A DNA stretch of 64,000 bases from Felis catus (lineage: Eukaryota), in NCBI RefSeq assembly GCF_018350175.1, contig NC_058368.1:30444001-30508000 (forward strand), read 5' to 3'. Shown piece after piece: positions 24,705 to 39,000 of this stretch. The notes under the pieces are model-generated. The model was not told the DNA's origin, made no database searches, and worked only from the letters and a program-made list of their open reading frames with translations. The stretch's first letter is position 1, and every line of letters starts with the position of its first letter. The translations under genes and the position numbers were made by a program.

Positions 24705-25113
24705 TGTGCTAGTTGGCCAGGGCTGCCATTAACAGAGCACCACCCACTAAATGGCTTAAACAACAGAAATGTATTCTCTCACGGTTCTGGAGACTAGAAG
24801 TCTGAGACTGAGGTCTTGGCTGGGCCATGCTCTCCCTCAAGCCAATAGGGAAGGATCTATTTGAGGCTTCTTCCTTATTTTCTGATAGTTCCTTGGCTTG
24901 TGGCAGTATAACTCCAGGCTTCCCGTGGTGTTCTCCCTGTGTTCCTGTCATTTCCCTTTTGTATAAGGACAGAGTCATATTGGATTAGGGTCCACTCTAA
25001 TGACCTTATATAAACTGAAGCGTCAGCTTCAAACAAGTTGACATTCACAGGTACTTGGGGTTAGAACTTCAAGATCTTGTCGTGGCGGGGGGAACATGAT
25101 TCAGAGCATAACA
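24705..25113 (-). mobile_element. MaLR solo LTR (MLT1B/C-like), complete
   Basis: TG...CA termini with perfect 5-bp TSD CTTCC (24700-24704, 25114-25118); 'ggcttaaacaacagaaatgtattctctcacggttctggag'. Confidence 0.9.
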
Positions 25114-25679
25114 CTTCCTTTGGTCACTACTGAGCTGTGACTGCTGCCCACACTGACTCAGTCCCTGGGCATCACTATCAGAGCTATCTCTGGACACTTC
25201 CATCACTACTGGCATCTAGAAGTCTTGAAGTACCAAAGATTCACCGTGTTCTCTGAAGCCTGAAACATGCTTTAAGGGGAATGTTTTTCTTCTCTTTTGT
25301 ATCACTTTTTGTCAGAGGTCCAACCAAGACATGAAATTTTAGTCAAATTGTTTTTTTTTTAATTCTCTTCCCTCTTTTTCCTTAAAATCCAGCTACCGGT
25401 CTGTAGGATTGGTTGAAAGACAAAATCTGAATGACAGACTCATGGGGTAGAGGCACAGTTACCTTCATTTTTGCCACTGAAGCTTTGTAATAGGCTGGTC
25501 TCTTTCCTTTCATGGATTCTCTGCTGGGATATCTCTCATGCAACAGGTTCCTGAAAAGCTCAATTCACTTATCTGGCAAACTTGCCTGAATTTCAGTGGT
25601 TAATACTGTCCTTGCCTAAACTGAGATCCCTGCTACATGTAAACTGAGATTAGCAAGAGTATGTAAACTATACTTCATT

Positions 25680-27780
25680 AAGAGAATATAAGAGAAAGTT
25701 CATATGATTATTTGAAAGTATAGGAAAAGTGTTTGGTAAAAGTTATTACGCATTTTATCAGAGAAAGTGAACTAGGAAGAGATTAAATTCTTAATCTAAT
25801 AAACACACCTAAAAATATCCAATGGTAAACCTTGTACTTAATGGGAAAATGTTAAAATGTTGGATATTGGAAACAAGATAAGGGTGACATTACCAACAGT
25901 CCTATTTGACATTGTACTAGGCTTCCTAACAAATGCAGTAAAGCAAGATAAATTATATAATGATTGCAAAGAAAAAAAATGGTAATTTCATAATTCACAG
26001 ATGATATGCTTACATTTTTAAGGATTCAAAAGATCCTACTGAAAGTTGATAAGTTTGCTGACTATAAGCCAATATTTTAAAATATTAGCCAATATTATAT
26101 ATCAGCAATAAGCAACCGGGTCCATTTAAAGTAGTATTAGAAATAACACATGACTAAGAATCAACAAAGGATGCGCAAAGTCTCAATGAAGGAAACAATG
26201 GAAAAAATAATGGTCTAAGTAGTTGGAGATGCATATTGTGTTCACAGGAAGACTTACTACTATAAAAATATCGATTCTTTCCAAATGATACCTAGATTTA
26301 GTGTAATGCCAATAAAAATCCAAGCAGATTTGGTGTGTGTGTGTGTGTGTGTGTGAGAGACAGAGAGAGAAAGATGAGCAAGATGATTCTAGAATGCATA
26401 TGAAAATGCAAAGGGCTAAGTATAGTGAAAACACTCTTGAAGCAGAACAAAGTGGAAAAGTACTTGCATTTCCAAATATCAACGCTTTATTTAAAGATAG
26501 AGCAATGTAGATGGTGTGTTTTTTTGGCACAGGATAGATAAACAGGCCACTGGAATAGAGTAAAAAAAAAAAAAAAAAAAGAAAGGCCCACACATCTATG
26601 GACCTTTCCTTCATTTGTGACAAAAGTGAAGATAGTGGGGAAAATGGCCTTAATTAACAGTCTGGGCCCATTGGATATTCACATTGAAAAAAATCAAACC
26701 TGACCCTATTTCACACTATACAGAAAGTTAATTTCAGGTAGAGTGTAGATTTCAATGGCAAAACAACAAAGCTTTTAGAAGACAGTGTAGGAAAATGCCT
26801 TCATTGCCTCAGGATACGGTAATAGTTTTTAAACGGAATAACCATATGGAAAAAGATTGATAAATTTGCTTCAGATCCTTAGAAGAAACCATTAAGAGAG
26901 TTAAGGCAAGTTAAAGAGGGTGAGAACATATTGGTGATTATATTTATGATGCAGTATCCTATAAATTAATATAAATTAATAAGGAATTATAAAAATGGGG
27001 AAGAGACTCAAACGGGCATTCCAAAAACTGGACGTCCTAATATCTAGCACATATGTTAAAAGATGTCAACCCCATTAATAATCAGGAAAATGAAAACATC
27101 ACATAACGTAGTACATCTACTTGCATGGCTGAAATGAAAGACTTAAAAGACCAAGTTTATTAAGGATGTAAAGCACCAGAAACTGTCCAGCACTGTTGAT
27201 GTGAATTGGTATATCATTTTGAGAATTTCACTTTGGTTGAAAATGTAACTTACGATGACCCCTGCCTCTATCAGTAGGGGTATAGCTGGTGGAAATTCAT
27301 ACCATGTGCCTCAAATAAGATGCATAAGAATGCTCATAGCAGATTATTCATGACAGTTCTAACCCAAAGCCCGTCAACAATGGAATGGATAAATAAATTG
27401 TGATATGGTCATAGACTGTAATAGGATAGCAGTGAAATTAATAAACTATAGTCACAGCTAAAAACATGATCGTCGTAAACCTAACTTTGTATTGAGTGGA
27501 TGAAGCCAGATACAAAAGGATCCATGCTCCATTATGCCATTTATGTATGGTTCAGAAACAAGCATAATAAATTACAGTGTTTAGAAATGTGCGCTTTTAT
27601 GGGAAACCTACAAAGTAAAAAAGGGATTGCTGTAAGCGGAGCTAAACTTTGAGGGAGGGGCAGTTGTTTGAGGGCAGGAGTACACAGTGGCTTTCTGAGG
27701 TCTTGGCAATCTTTTCTTTAATGGCCTGAGCAGAGTTTAGAAAATTTTTCTGTTTCTATACCTTTCTTTAATAATGTGGA
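25680..27780 (+). mobile_element. Ancient L1M: decayed ORF2 RT to C-terminus and 3'UTR
   Basis: 'ttcacagatgatatg' (FTDDM, cf. RT FADDM) at ~25995; 'ggaaacaagataaggg' (cf. GTRQG); 3' 'aatggaatggataaataaattgtgatat'. Confidence 0.8.
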
Positions 27781-28332
27781 ATTTAACAGTAAAAGTTTCT
27801 TCTTTCTTTCCTGTTTTAAAGGAATGTATGTAAAATTCCAGGCCTCCTGGAGGTGCTGCATATACAGAGCTACTTAATAAGTATTCTACCTCCCTCTTCT
27901 TCCTCTGATTAGCTCTGCACACCCGATCTTAAAAAGCAATGAATAATCTTGGTGCATGCCCGATGTAGACACCATTCCCGGAAGAAAAGTTGCCTGGAGC
28001 ACCGGTAGATTGCAAAGGCTAAAGATGTTCATGGCTGCCTCGTCTGATTGCCTTTTATACCAGCACCAGAGTGGTCATACCCATGACTGTGCATTTACAG
28101 AGTCAGAGAGCACCCCCCATGCTTCATAATTACTGCAACACATGTGCGAAGTCACTTTTTGCTAAGCCACGATGAGGATTCTCAGTGTTCAATCGTCCTC
28201 AAAATTTCTCATCTCTTCCCTGGAGTGAGGTGCTTTGGTTTAGCAGCCGCACATGGGGATTGCATTTAAATCATTTAAGGTCTGGAGTTCAATATCCCCT
28301 AAAAGCAGCCTCCATTCTTTTCAGGCACACCT

Positions 28333-28367
<35 letters not shown>

Positions 28368-29160
28368 CAAAGTGAGGGATATCCTCCTAAGGGGGAAGAA
28401 AGCTTTGCAAACGCGTTAACTCTTTGCGTGCACAGGTGTACTTCCTGATGCCCTCTGCTTGCCTCTTCCCAGACTGTCCTTCCTTGGCAGTGGCTCTTTT
28501 AAGTCCTTAGTCACCCCGTTCCCATTTTAGCAGCAAAAGTAGTAACACGGTAAATCCAGCCTGCAGAAGGCTAAAAGTCCAAGGAGCTAGTGCAGGAGAG
28601 TCCTTGAAGAGTCAAGGCCTATTTTACTTTGAGCTTATGTAGCCTTTATGATACAGCATACGGGCCTTCCTCCCGAATTCCTCCAATTACTAAATTGTTG
28701 GTACAGGTGGCTGAGCACGAAACAATGAGAGTCATGCCTTAGGATATAAAGTTCCTCAGAATCCCCTCCCATTGACAAACTCGCGCTGTGCCGTAGACGG
28801 GGGCCCTCAGAGCATTCTCTGAAAGCAAGTTTTCGCTGAGAGGTGAGAGGGAGCAGCAGCTACTGGTATTTGTGGCCGAGGCAGAAATGTTTGGGATGCC
28901 ACCAACAGGTTTCACTATTTAATGATCTTACTAGGGCCTGTTATTCTTAATTTTTTACTTCCCATTACCCCTGCTGTGCGGGCGGTCCAAGAGGTGAATG
29001 CCAATTGGCTCAGAATTAAATCGGGAACTTGAGACAATGGAAGGGGTCTTGGAACAAGAGACACAATCGGACTGAGCAAGACTTAGACTTTCATATTCAC
29101 AAGTCTTAGTTTCCAGAAGATACTGTAGAGAGGTGAAGGCGCAAGCTCCTGTCAGTGTTT

Positions 29161-29312
29161 TTCCATTATATCAGGGATATCTGATCAGGGATATGTATCA
29201 GGGATATATATCGTTGGATATATAATATATATTGGAATATATAATGGAATATATTTCTATTATATCAGGGAATATATTGCTTTGAAAAGCCATTTTTTCA
29301 AAGCAATATATT
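29161..29312. repeat. Cluster of direct and inverted micro-duplications ending in an 18-bp perfect stem-loop
   Basis: aatatattgctttgaaaa (29271-29288) / ttttcaaagcaatatatt (29295-29312); repeated atcaggg(g)atat units. Confidence 0.9.
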
Positions 29313-30419
29313 TTGAAATATTTGTCGAGTATCCACAGTGGGCCAGATAACTCACTGCTACTTTATAAGGACTTCTGGACCGAGTGGATGAGTCTGAGTC
29401 ATGGCGCTGCCTCACTAATCACGGTGCATGGAGCACGTAGGATATGAGGGACCGTGCGGTCCTAGACACCACAGGCCCGTGGGAGTTTGGATGGAGATTG
29501 TTGGCAAGCAGAGAGGATGCTGGACTCTTCCCCTAAGTGGATCTGCAGGCCTTGCTCCTACTTTAGACAGACAGTCCATTCATCTCGGGATATTGGGCAA
29601 AATTTGCCAGTCACTGAAACCCCCCTGCCTTGTTTGTTTGTTTGTTTGTTTTCCACAGAACCATCTGCACCTGGTGAAAAATGGCCCACTGAAACAGGTG
29701 AGCGTTTCCCACCGCTTTTCGTCTGACTCCACACAGCTGTGGCAGACGGTGTCCCAGCAGGGTCTACGCAGCTCATCTGCCAAGGGGGAGTGCAGTCATG
29801 ATGGTCCTGACTTAGGTCTGGGGCTCAGCTTCTGTTTGTTCTAACCACCTCTGACCCCCCTCGGTAACTACACCCAGTGGGAACTTGGCAACAAAAGTTA
29901 TTGACTGAAGGACTGGAGAATCTTTTACTGCTAATGTTAAAAATCTAAATGGGGCTTGGAGCCTTGTCCTTCTAAGTCAACCTTTTAAGTAGAAGGAATC
30001 TAAGGAACCAAAATTTCGTGTCCAGGATGAGTTAAGGCTAGGGACCCAGGTTCCTGGTCAGTGCGATTCCTTTCTGAGTGCATTCCTCACATTATTAGGT
30101 CATGTATTTTACTGGTTACCTGGGGAATTTGCTGAGGACAAAATCACCTGCTTTGGGGAAAGTTTCCGCTTAGTACTTAGTCCTATTTACTACTCCTGGT
30201 GGTTACTACTGTTGACCGTTGATCCTTTGTGTTAAAAATCTTCCTAGGTTTCTTTAGATATATATGCTGCTTTATGTTGTGTGTTTCCAACCAGACTACC
30301 TTACCCAAGGGCAAGTACCTGAGATGGCACGAAATGGTGGAAAAGGCTTTGAGTTTTAGGGCCTGACGTACTTAAAGTAGAATTCTGAGTTTTTATTTAC
30401 CAGCTGGAGGATCTTTATC

Positions 30420-32652
30420 TCTCTTTCAAAGAGCAAACATTTTTCATTTTTATGATATTCCATTTATCGTTATTTCAATAGTTTTTGTGTTTTGTGTCCT
30501 ATGTAAGAAATCTTTGTGTAAAAAAAAAAACAAGATCAGAGAGATTTTCTTTTATGTTTTATTCTAGCAGTTAATAGTCTTAGGTCTTATGTTTAGGTCT
30601 GTTATCTTTTTGGAGTTAATTTTTGTATGTAAGGTAAGGATTGAGGTTTATTTTTTTCCCCCTACAGGTACCTAGTTGTTCCAGAGTCATTAGTAGAAAA
30701 GACTACTTTTTACTCATTAAATTATCTTGACACCTTTGTTAAAAATCAATTGACCATAAATGTGTGGGTTTATTTTTGGACTCACTGCTTATGCCAGTGC
30801 CCCCACTGTCATGATTACAATAGCTTTGTTGTAAGTCTTGAAAGGAGGATGTGTAAGTTCTCCAAACTTATTCTTGATTTCATGACTCTTTTTGGCTATT
30901 CGAGGTCATTTTCCCTACTCATATAATTAAAAAAAATTAGCTTGTCAATTTCTTTAGTAAAGTCTCTTGGGATATTACTGAGATTCAGTTAAATCTGTGG
31001 ATCTAGTTTGTGGAGAATTGCCATCTTGCTATGATGGTCTTTCTGAATCAGAAGGATGGTATACCTCATTGTAGTTAGGTCTTCTTTAATTTTCCTCTGC
31101 AATGTTTTGTAGTTTTTGGTGTTTAGTTCTTACATATCTTTAGTGAAATTTATTCCTAAGTATTCTTATGTTGTTGAAATAGTTAATTTTTTAATGCTTA
31201 ATTTCTAATTGTTCATTTCTAGTATATAAGTTGACTTTGCTATATTAACCTTCTGTCCTGAGCGTTAATTCACTTGTTAATTCTAGTAGTTTTTTTTTTT
31301 TTTTTGTAGATTCCTTAGGGTTTTCAACTACATCTTCTGTAATACAGTTCATTTTTTCTTTCCAATATTTACACTTTCCATTACTTTTCCCTGCCTTATT
31401 GAACTGGCTAGGTTTTCCATTGCAATATTGAAGTGGGAGAATACATATGCTTGATTTGTCCCTGATCTTGGCTAAAAATGATTGACCCTTTCATAATTGA
31501 GTATGAGGTTAGCTGCAGGTTTTCAGAGATGTCTTTAATAAGTTTAGAAACTTGCCTCCTGTTCCTAGTTTTTGAAGTTTTTATCATAACTTGTGTCAAA
31601 TTCATCTTCTGCATCTATTGAAAAGATCATAAGGTTTTTCTATTTTACAGTATTTACATGGCAAATTACATTGATTTTCAGATGTTAAACCAACCTATCA
31701 TTCCTAGGATAAATCCCACTTGACCATGATGTGTCATGTGTTTATTAATATTGTTTGATTGTATTTGTTATAGTTTGTTAAGGATTTTAACACTCATGCT
31801 CACAATGGATGTTGATATATGGTTCTCTATTCTTGTGATGTTTTGTCTCATTTTGGTACCTGAGTAATATTGGACATATAAAGGGATTTGGAAGTATTCC
31901 CTTCTCCACTATTTTTGCATAGAATTGGTATTAGTTTTTCTTAAATGTGTGATAGAATTCACTAGTGGAGACTTTTGGGCCTAGTTTTCTTTGTGGGAAG
32001 GTTTTTTAATTACAAGTTCAGTTCTTTAATTGATATAGGGTATTCAAGTTTTCTATTTTTTCTTGGGTCAAAGTTTGTACTTTCTGTATTATAAGAAATT
32101 TATTCATTTCATTTAGGTTATTGAATGTATTAAGTTCATATTAAGTTCATAAAATTCCATTATTATTCTTTCAATATATGCAGGATCTGTAGTGGTATAT
32201 CCTCTTTCAATGTTGATATTTTGATGTGGGTCTCTTTTTTTTCTCGATTAGTGCAGGTAGATGCTTATTAATTTTACATGTGTTTGAGGTAACTACTTTT
32301 TGGTTTTATATTTGGTTTATATTTTTGTATATAAAATATATTTGGTTTATATACTTATTTATTTATATATATTTATATTTATATGTATGTATATTTGTAT
32401 TATTTCCCTGTTTTCCATTTCATTCCTTTATTCCTTTATCTTTATTATTGTCTTCCTTCTAATTAATTTAGGTTCATTTTTTTCTTTGTCTTTTTTTTAA
32501 GATGAGAACTCATGATTTTTAGACTTTATTTGTAACATAGGCATACAGGTGTAAATGTCTCTCTAAACACTTCTTAGCTGCATCTCATAAATTTTGATAT
32601 CTTGTACTTTTATATTCTCTGAAATTTTTGAAATGGCTGTTCTGGGTATTAC

Positions 32653-32683
<31 letters not shown>

Positions 32684-34815
32684 CACTAACTTCATATTTC
32701 ACTTGCAAATGATACTGTATCACTTTCTATAAAATATTTAACATTTTTCAACTTTATAGACATATATTCTTTCTCTCATATTTTAGGATACTCTTGTATG
32801 GGAAACAGAATTATGGCCCCTAAAGATTCCCATTCCCTACTCACCAGAGCCTGTGCATATGTTCTATGACAAAATATATTTTACAGATGTGTTTGAGAAG
32901 GGGACTTACCTTTTATTGCATGAGTAAGCAAAATCTAATCACATGTGTCCTTAAAAAAGGAGAGCCTTCTCATCTGGGTCATGGACATGAGATGGAAGAA
33001 GGAGGAGAAAAGATTGAAAAAGTGACTTGACCTGCCATTTCTTGGAAGTTGGAGAAAGAGGTTCATGAGACAAAGAACAAGGGTGACCTCTAGAAGCTAG
33101 GAACAACACTTAGCTGATAGCCAACAAGGAAATGGGACCGCAATCCTGCAAATGCAGGGAACTGGATTCTGCCAACACCCTAAATGAGCAAGGAAGCATA
33201 AACTCCCCTAAAGCCTCTAGAAAGGGACACATTCTTAAAAGCAGGGCACTCTGCTTTTAACCTAATACAATCCATGTCAGATTTCTGATGTACAGAATTA
33301 TAAGATAATAAGGTTTGTTGTTTAATTCACTAAGTGTTGGTAATTTGTTATGAAATTAAAAGAACCAATTAAAAAACTTCCTTTAGCAGTTATTTTAGCA
33401 CACTTATTTGACAACAAATTCTATTGGTTTTCTTTTGTAAATATGTCTTTATTTTTCTCTTTTTCGAAGAATATTTTCACTGACTGGAGAATTCTTAACT
33501 GAAGGATTGTTTCAGCTCTTTGAAGATGTTGTTCCAATTTCTGTTGGCCTTCATGGTTTTCATGAGAAGTCAGCTGTTAGATTGTTTCCCTTTATGTAAT
33601 GTAATTTTCTTTTGCTGGTTATAAAAGTTGCCCTTTATAAAATAGTAAACTCATTAAACATTTGACAACAGTAGGCTCTCACATGGGCTTCTTCATTTTT
33701 ATTCTGCTTGGTGATCTTTACATATTTTGTATGGGGCATGTTTTTGTCTTTTTCAAATTTGGGAAATTTTCAGCTTTTTTTTTCTTCAAATACTTTTGTC
33801 GATTCTGAGATTCCAGTTAAACGTGAGTTTGGCAATTTTATATTATCTAGGAAGTCCCTAAGGGTAATTACTATTGATGTATATTTATTCTCTCTTGATA
33901 ATTTATTCCTTCTTCTGTCATATTTATTTGGCTGTTAAATCCATCTCATGATTTTTAAAAATTTCATACATTGTATTTTTCAGTTCTCAGCTTCTTACTT
34001 GACTCTTCTTTATGTTTTCTATTTCTTTACTGGGACTTTATACTTCTTTCATTTATTGCAAGTTTTGTTTTTTATTTTGGATAATAATATACAACAGTAA
34101 TATGTCATATTAATAGTTAATTCATTGTCTCACAATTTTATCATCTTTTTCATTTAGTAATCAAGCTAGTTTAAGTTTGTTTTCTCTTGAGAACATTGTA
34201 CATTTTCTTCAGTCTTTAAATATCAGGTAATTTTGGATCATATTCTAGACAATATAAATGTCAAGTTGTGGATACTCTGGATTCTATTATTTTTTTCTCC
34301 ACTTAGGATTGTTTGCTTTATGAGGCATTAAAATCTGTGTGAAGTGAAAACCCTGCTTCTTAAGTGGTGGTTCTGATCTCACTTCAGATTTTTTTCTTTG
34401 AGCTACTTTGAGTCTGTCCTAAATATTTATGGCTCAGGCCTCAATCAGAGATGTGGGTAGATAAAAATGGGGGATCCTCTCTCTCTTTTCCTTTGGAATG
34501 TCACCATTGTTCTCAACAGCCATGTTTCTCCTGGCTTCAGTTGTCTGGTTACCCAGGCAAGAAAGGCTCTGTTTTTTTTTCAGTCAACATCCTACTATAC
34601 CAAATGCACCTCAAGAGACTAATAACTGTAAAAGTAGGAACTTTTATGTACATCCTCTCTCCCCTTCCTTCCTTTGTGTATTCCTGACAGCATCTGTCTG
34701 CTTTTATTCAACTTCCAATACCTTTGTGTAGTTGTTTTTTATATTATGTCCAGGTTTCTTTTGGTTGTTTCTTTAGGACAGTAATCTAGTAGGTTCTTAG
34801 ACTATCATTTCTAAA
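30420..34815 (-). mobile_element. Ancient L1M (ORF2 and ORF1-region remnants), interrupted by MLT1
   Basis: Long T-rich antisense L1: 'ggataaatcccacttgaccatgatg', 'gatagaattcactagtg', 'catgagaagtcagctg', 'aaatttgggaaattttcagc'. Confidence 0.85.
32795..33373 (+). mobile_element. MaLR solo LTR (MLT1D/E-like)
   Basis: 'cagaattatggcccctaaagat', 'cctctagaagctagga', 'ggaactggattctgccaaca', 'cactaagtgttggtaatttgttat'. Confidence 0.85.
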
Positions 34816-34899
34816 AGCTGAAGTTAGTCATTGCCTTTTGGGCAACTCATTCATAGTTCATATTGGAGATTTTCAGTAATTTCAAGATGAATATAATTT

Positions 34900-35643
34900 A
34901 TAGCTAACTCATTAATTAAATGCTTTTATGCCTCTAATATGTCCCAGCTATGTTGATGGGAGTTCTGTTTTCAGTTGTGAACTTTTCACCTTGTCCCTTC
35001 TCTAATAGGACTTCAAAACTGGTGGCGAAGACAGATATTAAAAGCGATTAAAATACAGTGTGGTGAATGTGGTCATAAAAGGAATTACAGGGTGCTGCAG
35101 AAGTAAATGGTAGAATTCCGTAATATAACAAAAGAGATCAAGGAGACTTCCCTGAGAAAATGAGATTTAAGATGAAGAAAGGGTAGGAATTGAAGTCAGA
35201 TTAATAGAAGTAAATGTGCTTGTTAACAAATATTTGGGGGACTGTTTGGAGAACTGTTCTAGTGAATGATGAGGTACAGGGCAAGAGTAGAAAGAAGAAA
35301 AATAGAAAGTAGGTACAACAATCTAGGTGATATCTTGAAGGAGGTGGTGATTATGGAAAAGAATTAGGATATATTTCAAAGATATTTAGGATACAGAATT
35401 AAATAAGATCTCATGATTAGTTTAATAAAGGTCAGGTAGAGAGAGAGCCATCAAAGATATCTGGCATGAGCCTCTGAATGGATGGTGGTACTTTTTATTG
35501 AGCTGGGCACAGTGGAAGAAAATATATTAAGAAATAAAATAAGATTATTAATTCGCTTTGAGGCTTTTGAATTTAAGGTACTTGTATTATATCCAAATTG
35601 AAATATTCAGCATATATTTGAGGGCGCAAAAGAGAATTCTTAG
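34900..35643 (-). mobile_element. L2 relic
   Basis: 'aaaatacagtgtggtgaatg', 'gacttccctgagaaaatgagatttaag', 'gaatggatggtggtac...attgag'. Confidence 0.65.
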
Positions 35644-35657
35644 CTGAAAGTATCACT

Positions 35658-36045
35658 CTTTTTAAAAATAAAATTCCAGTATAGTTAATACACAGTGTTC
35701 TATTAGTCTCAGGTGTGCAATGTAGTGATTTAACAATTCCATACATTACTCAGTGCTCATAGGGATAAGTATACTGTTCATCCCCTTCATCTATTTCATC
35801 TATCCCACCACCCACCTCCCCTCTGGTAACCATTTGTTTGTTCTCTAAAGTTAAGCGTCTGTTGTTTTGTTTGTCTCTCCTTTTCTTTATTCGTTTGTTT
35901 TGTTTCTTAAATTCCACATATGAGTGAAATCATATACTATTTGCCTTTTTATGAAAGACTTATTGCTTAGCATTATACACTCTAGATCCATTTATGATGT
36001 TGCAGATGGCAAGATCTCATTATTTTTTATGGCTGAGTAATACTC

Positions 36046-36091
<46 letters not shown>

Positions 36092-39000
36092 ATACATCCC
36101 ACCTCTTCTTCATTCTTTCATCTATCAATGGACACTTGGGCTGCTTCCATAATTTGGCTCTTGTAAATAATGCTGCAATAAACATAGGGATGCATATATC
36201 TTTTCAAATTAGTGTTTTTGTATTCTTTGGGTAAATACCCAGTAGTGAAATTACTGGATCATATGGTAATTATGTTTATAATTCTTTGAGGAACCTCTAC
36301 ACTGTTTTCCATAGTGACTGCACCAGTTTGTATTCCCACCAACACTACACAAGGGTTTCTTTTTCTCCACGTTCTTGCCAACACTTGTTTCGATTACTCC
36401 CTTCATGTTTGTTATTAGCTGCTTTATGTATTTTGGTGCTCTCATGTTGGGTGCATAAATATTTATAATTGCTATCATATCTTCTTGTTGGATTCTCCCC
36501 TTTATGATTATGTAATGTACTTCTTTGTATCTTTCCACAGTCTTTGTTTTAAAGTCTAGTTTGTCTGATATAAGCATTGCTACCCCAGATTTCTTTTCAC
36601 ATATGCTTTTTCATCCCTCCAGTTTCAATCTGAAGGTGACGTTAGGTCTGAAATGAATCTCTTGAAGGCAGCATATAGATGGGTCTTACTTTTTTATCCA
36701 TTCTGTCATCTTATGTCTTTTGGGGCATTTAGTCCACTTACATTCAAAGATATTATAGATAGGTCTTATATATTGCCATTTTGTCAGTTGTTTTATAGTT
36801 GTTTTCATAATTCTTGTCTGTTCCTTTCTTCTCTTGCTGTCTTCTCTCATGGTTTGTTGACTTTTTTTTAGTGATATACTTGGGTTCCTTTCTCTTTATT
36901 TTTTGTATATCTATTACTGGTTTTTGATTTGTGGTTACCATTAGGTTTGTATATAACATCTGCATATCATAGTCTATATTAAATTGATGGTCGCTTAAGT
37001 TTAAACCTTACATTCTTTACTCTTCTCTTCCTCATGCTGTAGGTATGTGGTGTCATATTTTGCATTCTTTTATTTTTTGAATCCCTTGACTTATTTTTAC
37101 AGATATACTTATTTTTACAACATTTGTACTTCCTACTTTTCTTCCTCTGATTTATGGTCTTTTCTATCAACTCAGAGTCTCCTTTAACATTTCTTGGGCT
37201 GATTTAATGGTGATGAAGTCCTTTAACTTTTCTTTGTCTGATAAACTTTTTGTATTTCCTTCTATTCTGAATAATAGCCTGTTGGATAGAGTATTCTTGG
37301 CTGCAGGTGTTTTCCTTTCAGCATTTTGAATATGTCATGCCACTCCATTCTGGCTGCAAAGTTTCTGCTGAAAAATCTACTGATATCCTTATGAGTTTCC
37401 CTTATATGTAATTGTTTTTTCTTGCTGCTTTTAAAATTATGTCTTTATCCCTAGCTTTTGTCATTGTCATGACTATATGTCTTGGTGTGGACCTCTTTGG
37501 GTTGATTTTGTTGAGGGCTCTCTGTGCCTCCTGGATTTGGATTTCTTCCCCACCCCACCCCCAGATTTGGGAATTTTTCAGCTATTATTTCTTTAAATAA
37601 ATTTTCTGCCCCCCTTTCTCTCTCTTCTCCTTCTGGGATTCCTATAGAGCAAATGTTATTATGGTTGATGGTGTTGCTGAGTTCCCTAAGTTCGTTTTCA
37701 TTTTTATTATTATTTTTCTTTCCTCTGTTCAGCTTGATCACTTTTCCTACTATGTTCTCTAGGCTGCTAAGCTTTCATTCTGCTTCCTCTGGTCTACTGT
37801 TTATTCCATCTAGTCTATTTTTATTTCAGCTATTGAGTTCTTTGTCTCTGATTTTCTTTAATCTCATTGCTAAGGGTCTCACTGAGATCCTTTACCCTTT
37901 CTTGAAGTCTAGTGACTATCTTTGCAACTATTACTTTATCCTCTCTATCAGGTATTTTACTTTTATCTGTTTCAGTTAGGTCTCTAGCTGTGATTTTCTC
38001 CTGTTATTTCTTTTGGGACATATTCTTCTGTCTCCTCATTTTGTCTAATTCCCTGTGTGTTTCTTTGTATTATGAAAGCTATGTCTCTTGCTCTTGAAAT
38101 TAGTGGCCTTCTTAAGAAGTAGTGCCCTGCATTGTAATATCCCCTGTTCACCAGAATCTGGTATTTCAGGGGTGTCTCTTATGTGTGTTGTGTGTACCCT
38201 GTTTTCCTTCAGTTCAGTCATCTGCAATGTCTCTCTTTGTCTGTGGTGGTCAAAGTTTGGTCCCTGTGTTGTTAGTGGGTCAGTCTGGGGCTCCCTTGGG
38301 ATTTAGTTGAGTCAGACTAGGCATTTGCCAGAGATACATTAACACAGAACTGCAAGGTGTTATCTGTGTTGTCCCCTGAGAAACTTTGGTTGGTGGATGG
38401 GTCCTGCAATCAGACCAGATGTCTTCCCTTAGCCGACTGCTGGGGCCATAGTCAGGCTGGTGTGTGTGGTTATCTTCCCCTTTTCATGGGTCAGGAATCA
38501 CTTTGGAGTGGTGCTGGCCTCTGTTAGGGCTGCTTGCACACGGCCAGTCTTTTGGCACCACTTTGGATGAGTTCTGGCCAAGAGCATATTGGAGGGGACA
38601 GGCCCATGGGAGAATGTGGGGGCAGGGCATGAGGTGTTAGCAAGGTGTATGTATGTTGGTCTATTGTGGGAGAGGACCTACAACCACAGGGACTGGTGCT
38701 GGTGAGATTGGATGGGGCAGATTCACAGAAGCATTCAGGGTAGAGGCCAGGCATTGGTTAGGTTTGCATGGGTCTGCTGTGGGAGGAGACTTGGAGCTGA
38801 GACCTGGCTGGAGGAGGCATGTCTACAGAAGAACGTGAGGGTAAGGGTGCAGTGAGGTAGTCAAGTAGCAAGTGTTGGTGCTGTGCACTGGTGCCTGCAG
38901 GTGTCTGTGTGTCTAGACTGAGGTATGGGGGAGGGGAATGGTGCCTGCTACCTCCTCTGTTCATGTAGAAATCTCCCAATGATTCTTGCCTCTCCATCAC

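Noticed and set aside
26183..26623. 146-aa minus-strand ORF
   Set aside because: Antisense to decayed L1M ORF2; includes microsatellite and poly-A translations.
29161..29312. CRISPR-like array or miRNA gene
   Set aside because: The repeats are irregular, about 11-16 bp, without unique spacers or cas genes, in mammalian DNA. The 18-bp AT-rich stem is too short for a canonical pri-miRNA.
14535..32355. Short tandem duplications (tgccagagtgta x2 at 14535; ttgatgaaagcttc x2 at 17414; tcttggRagaaagtagt x2 at ~23124; atatttggtttatat x2 at ~32307)
   Set aside because: Ordinary slippage duplications with no shared motif or periodicity.
37524..37979. 151-aa hydrophobic ORF as a membrane protein
   Set aside because: It is the antisense strand of A-rich L1 ORF1; T-rich codons give F/L/S by composition.
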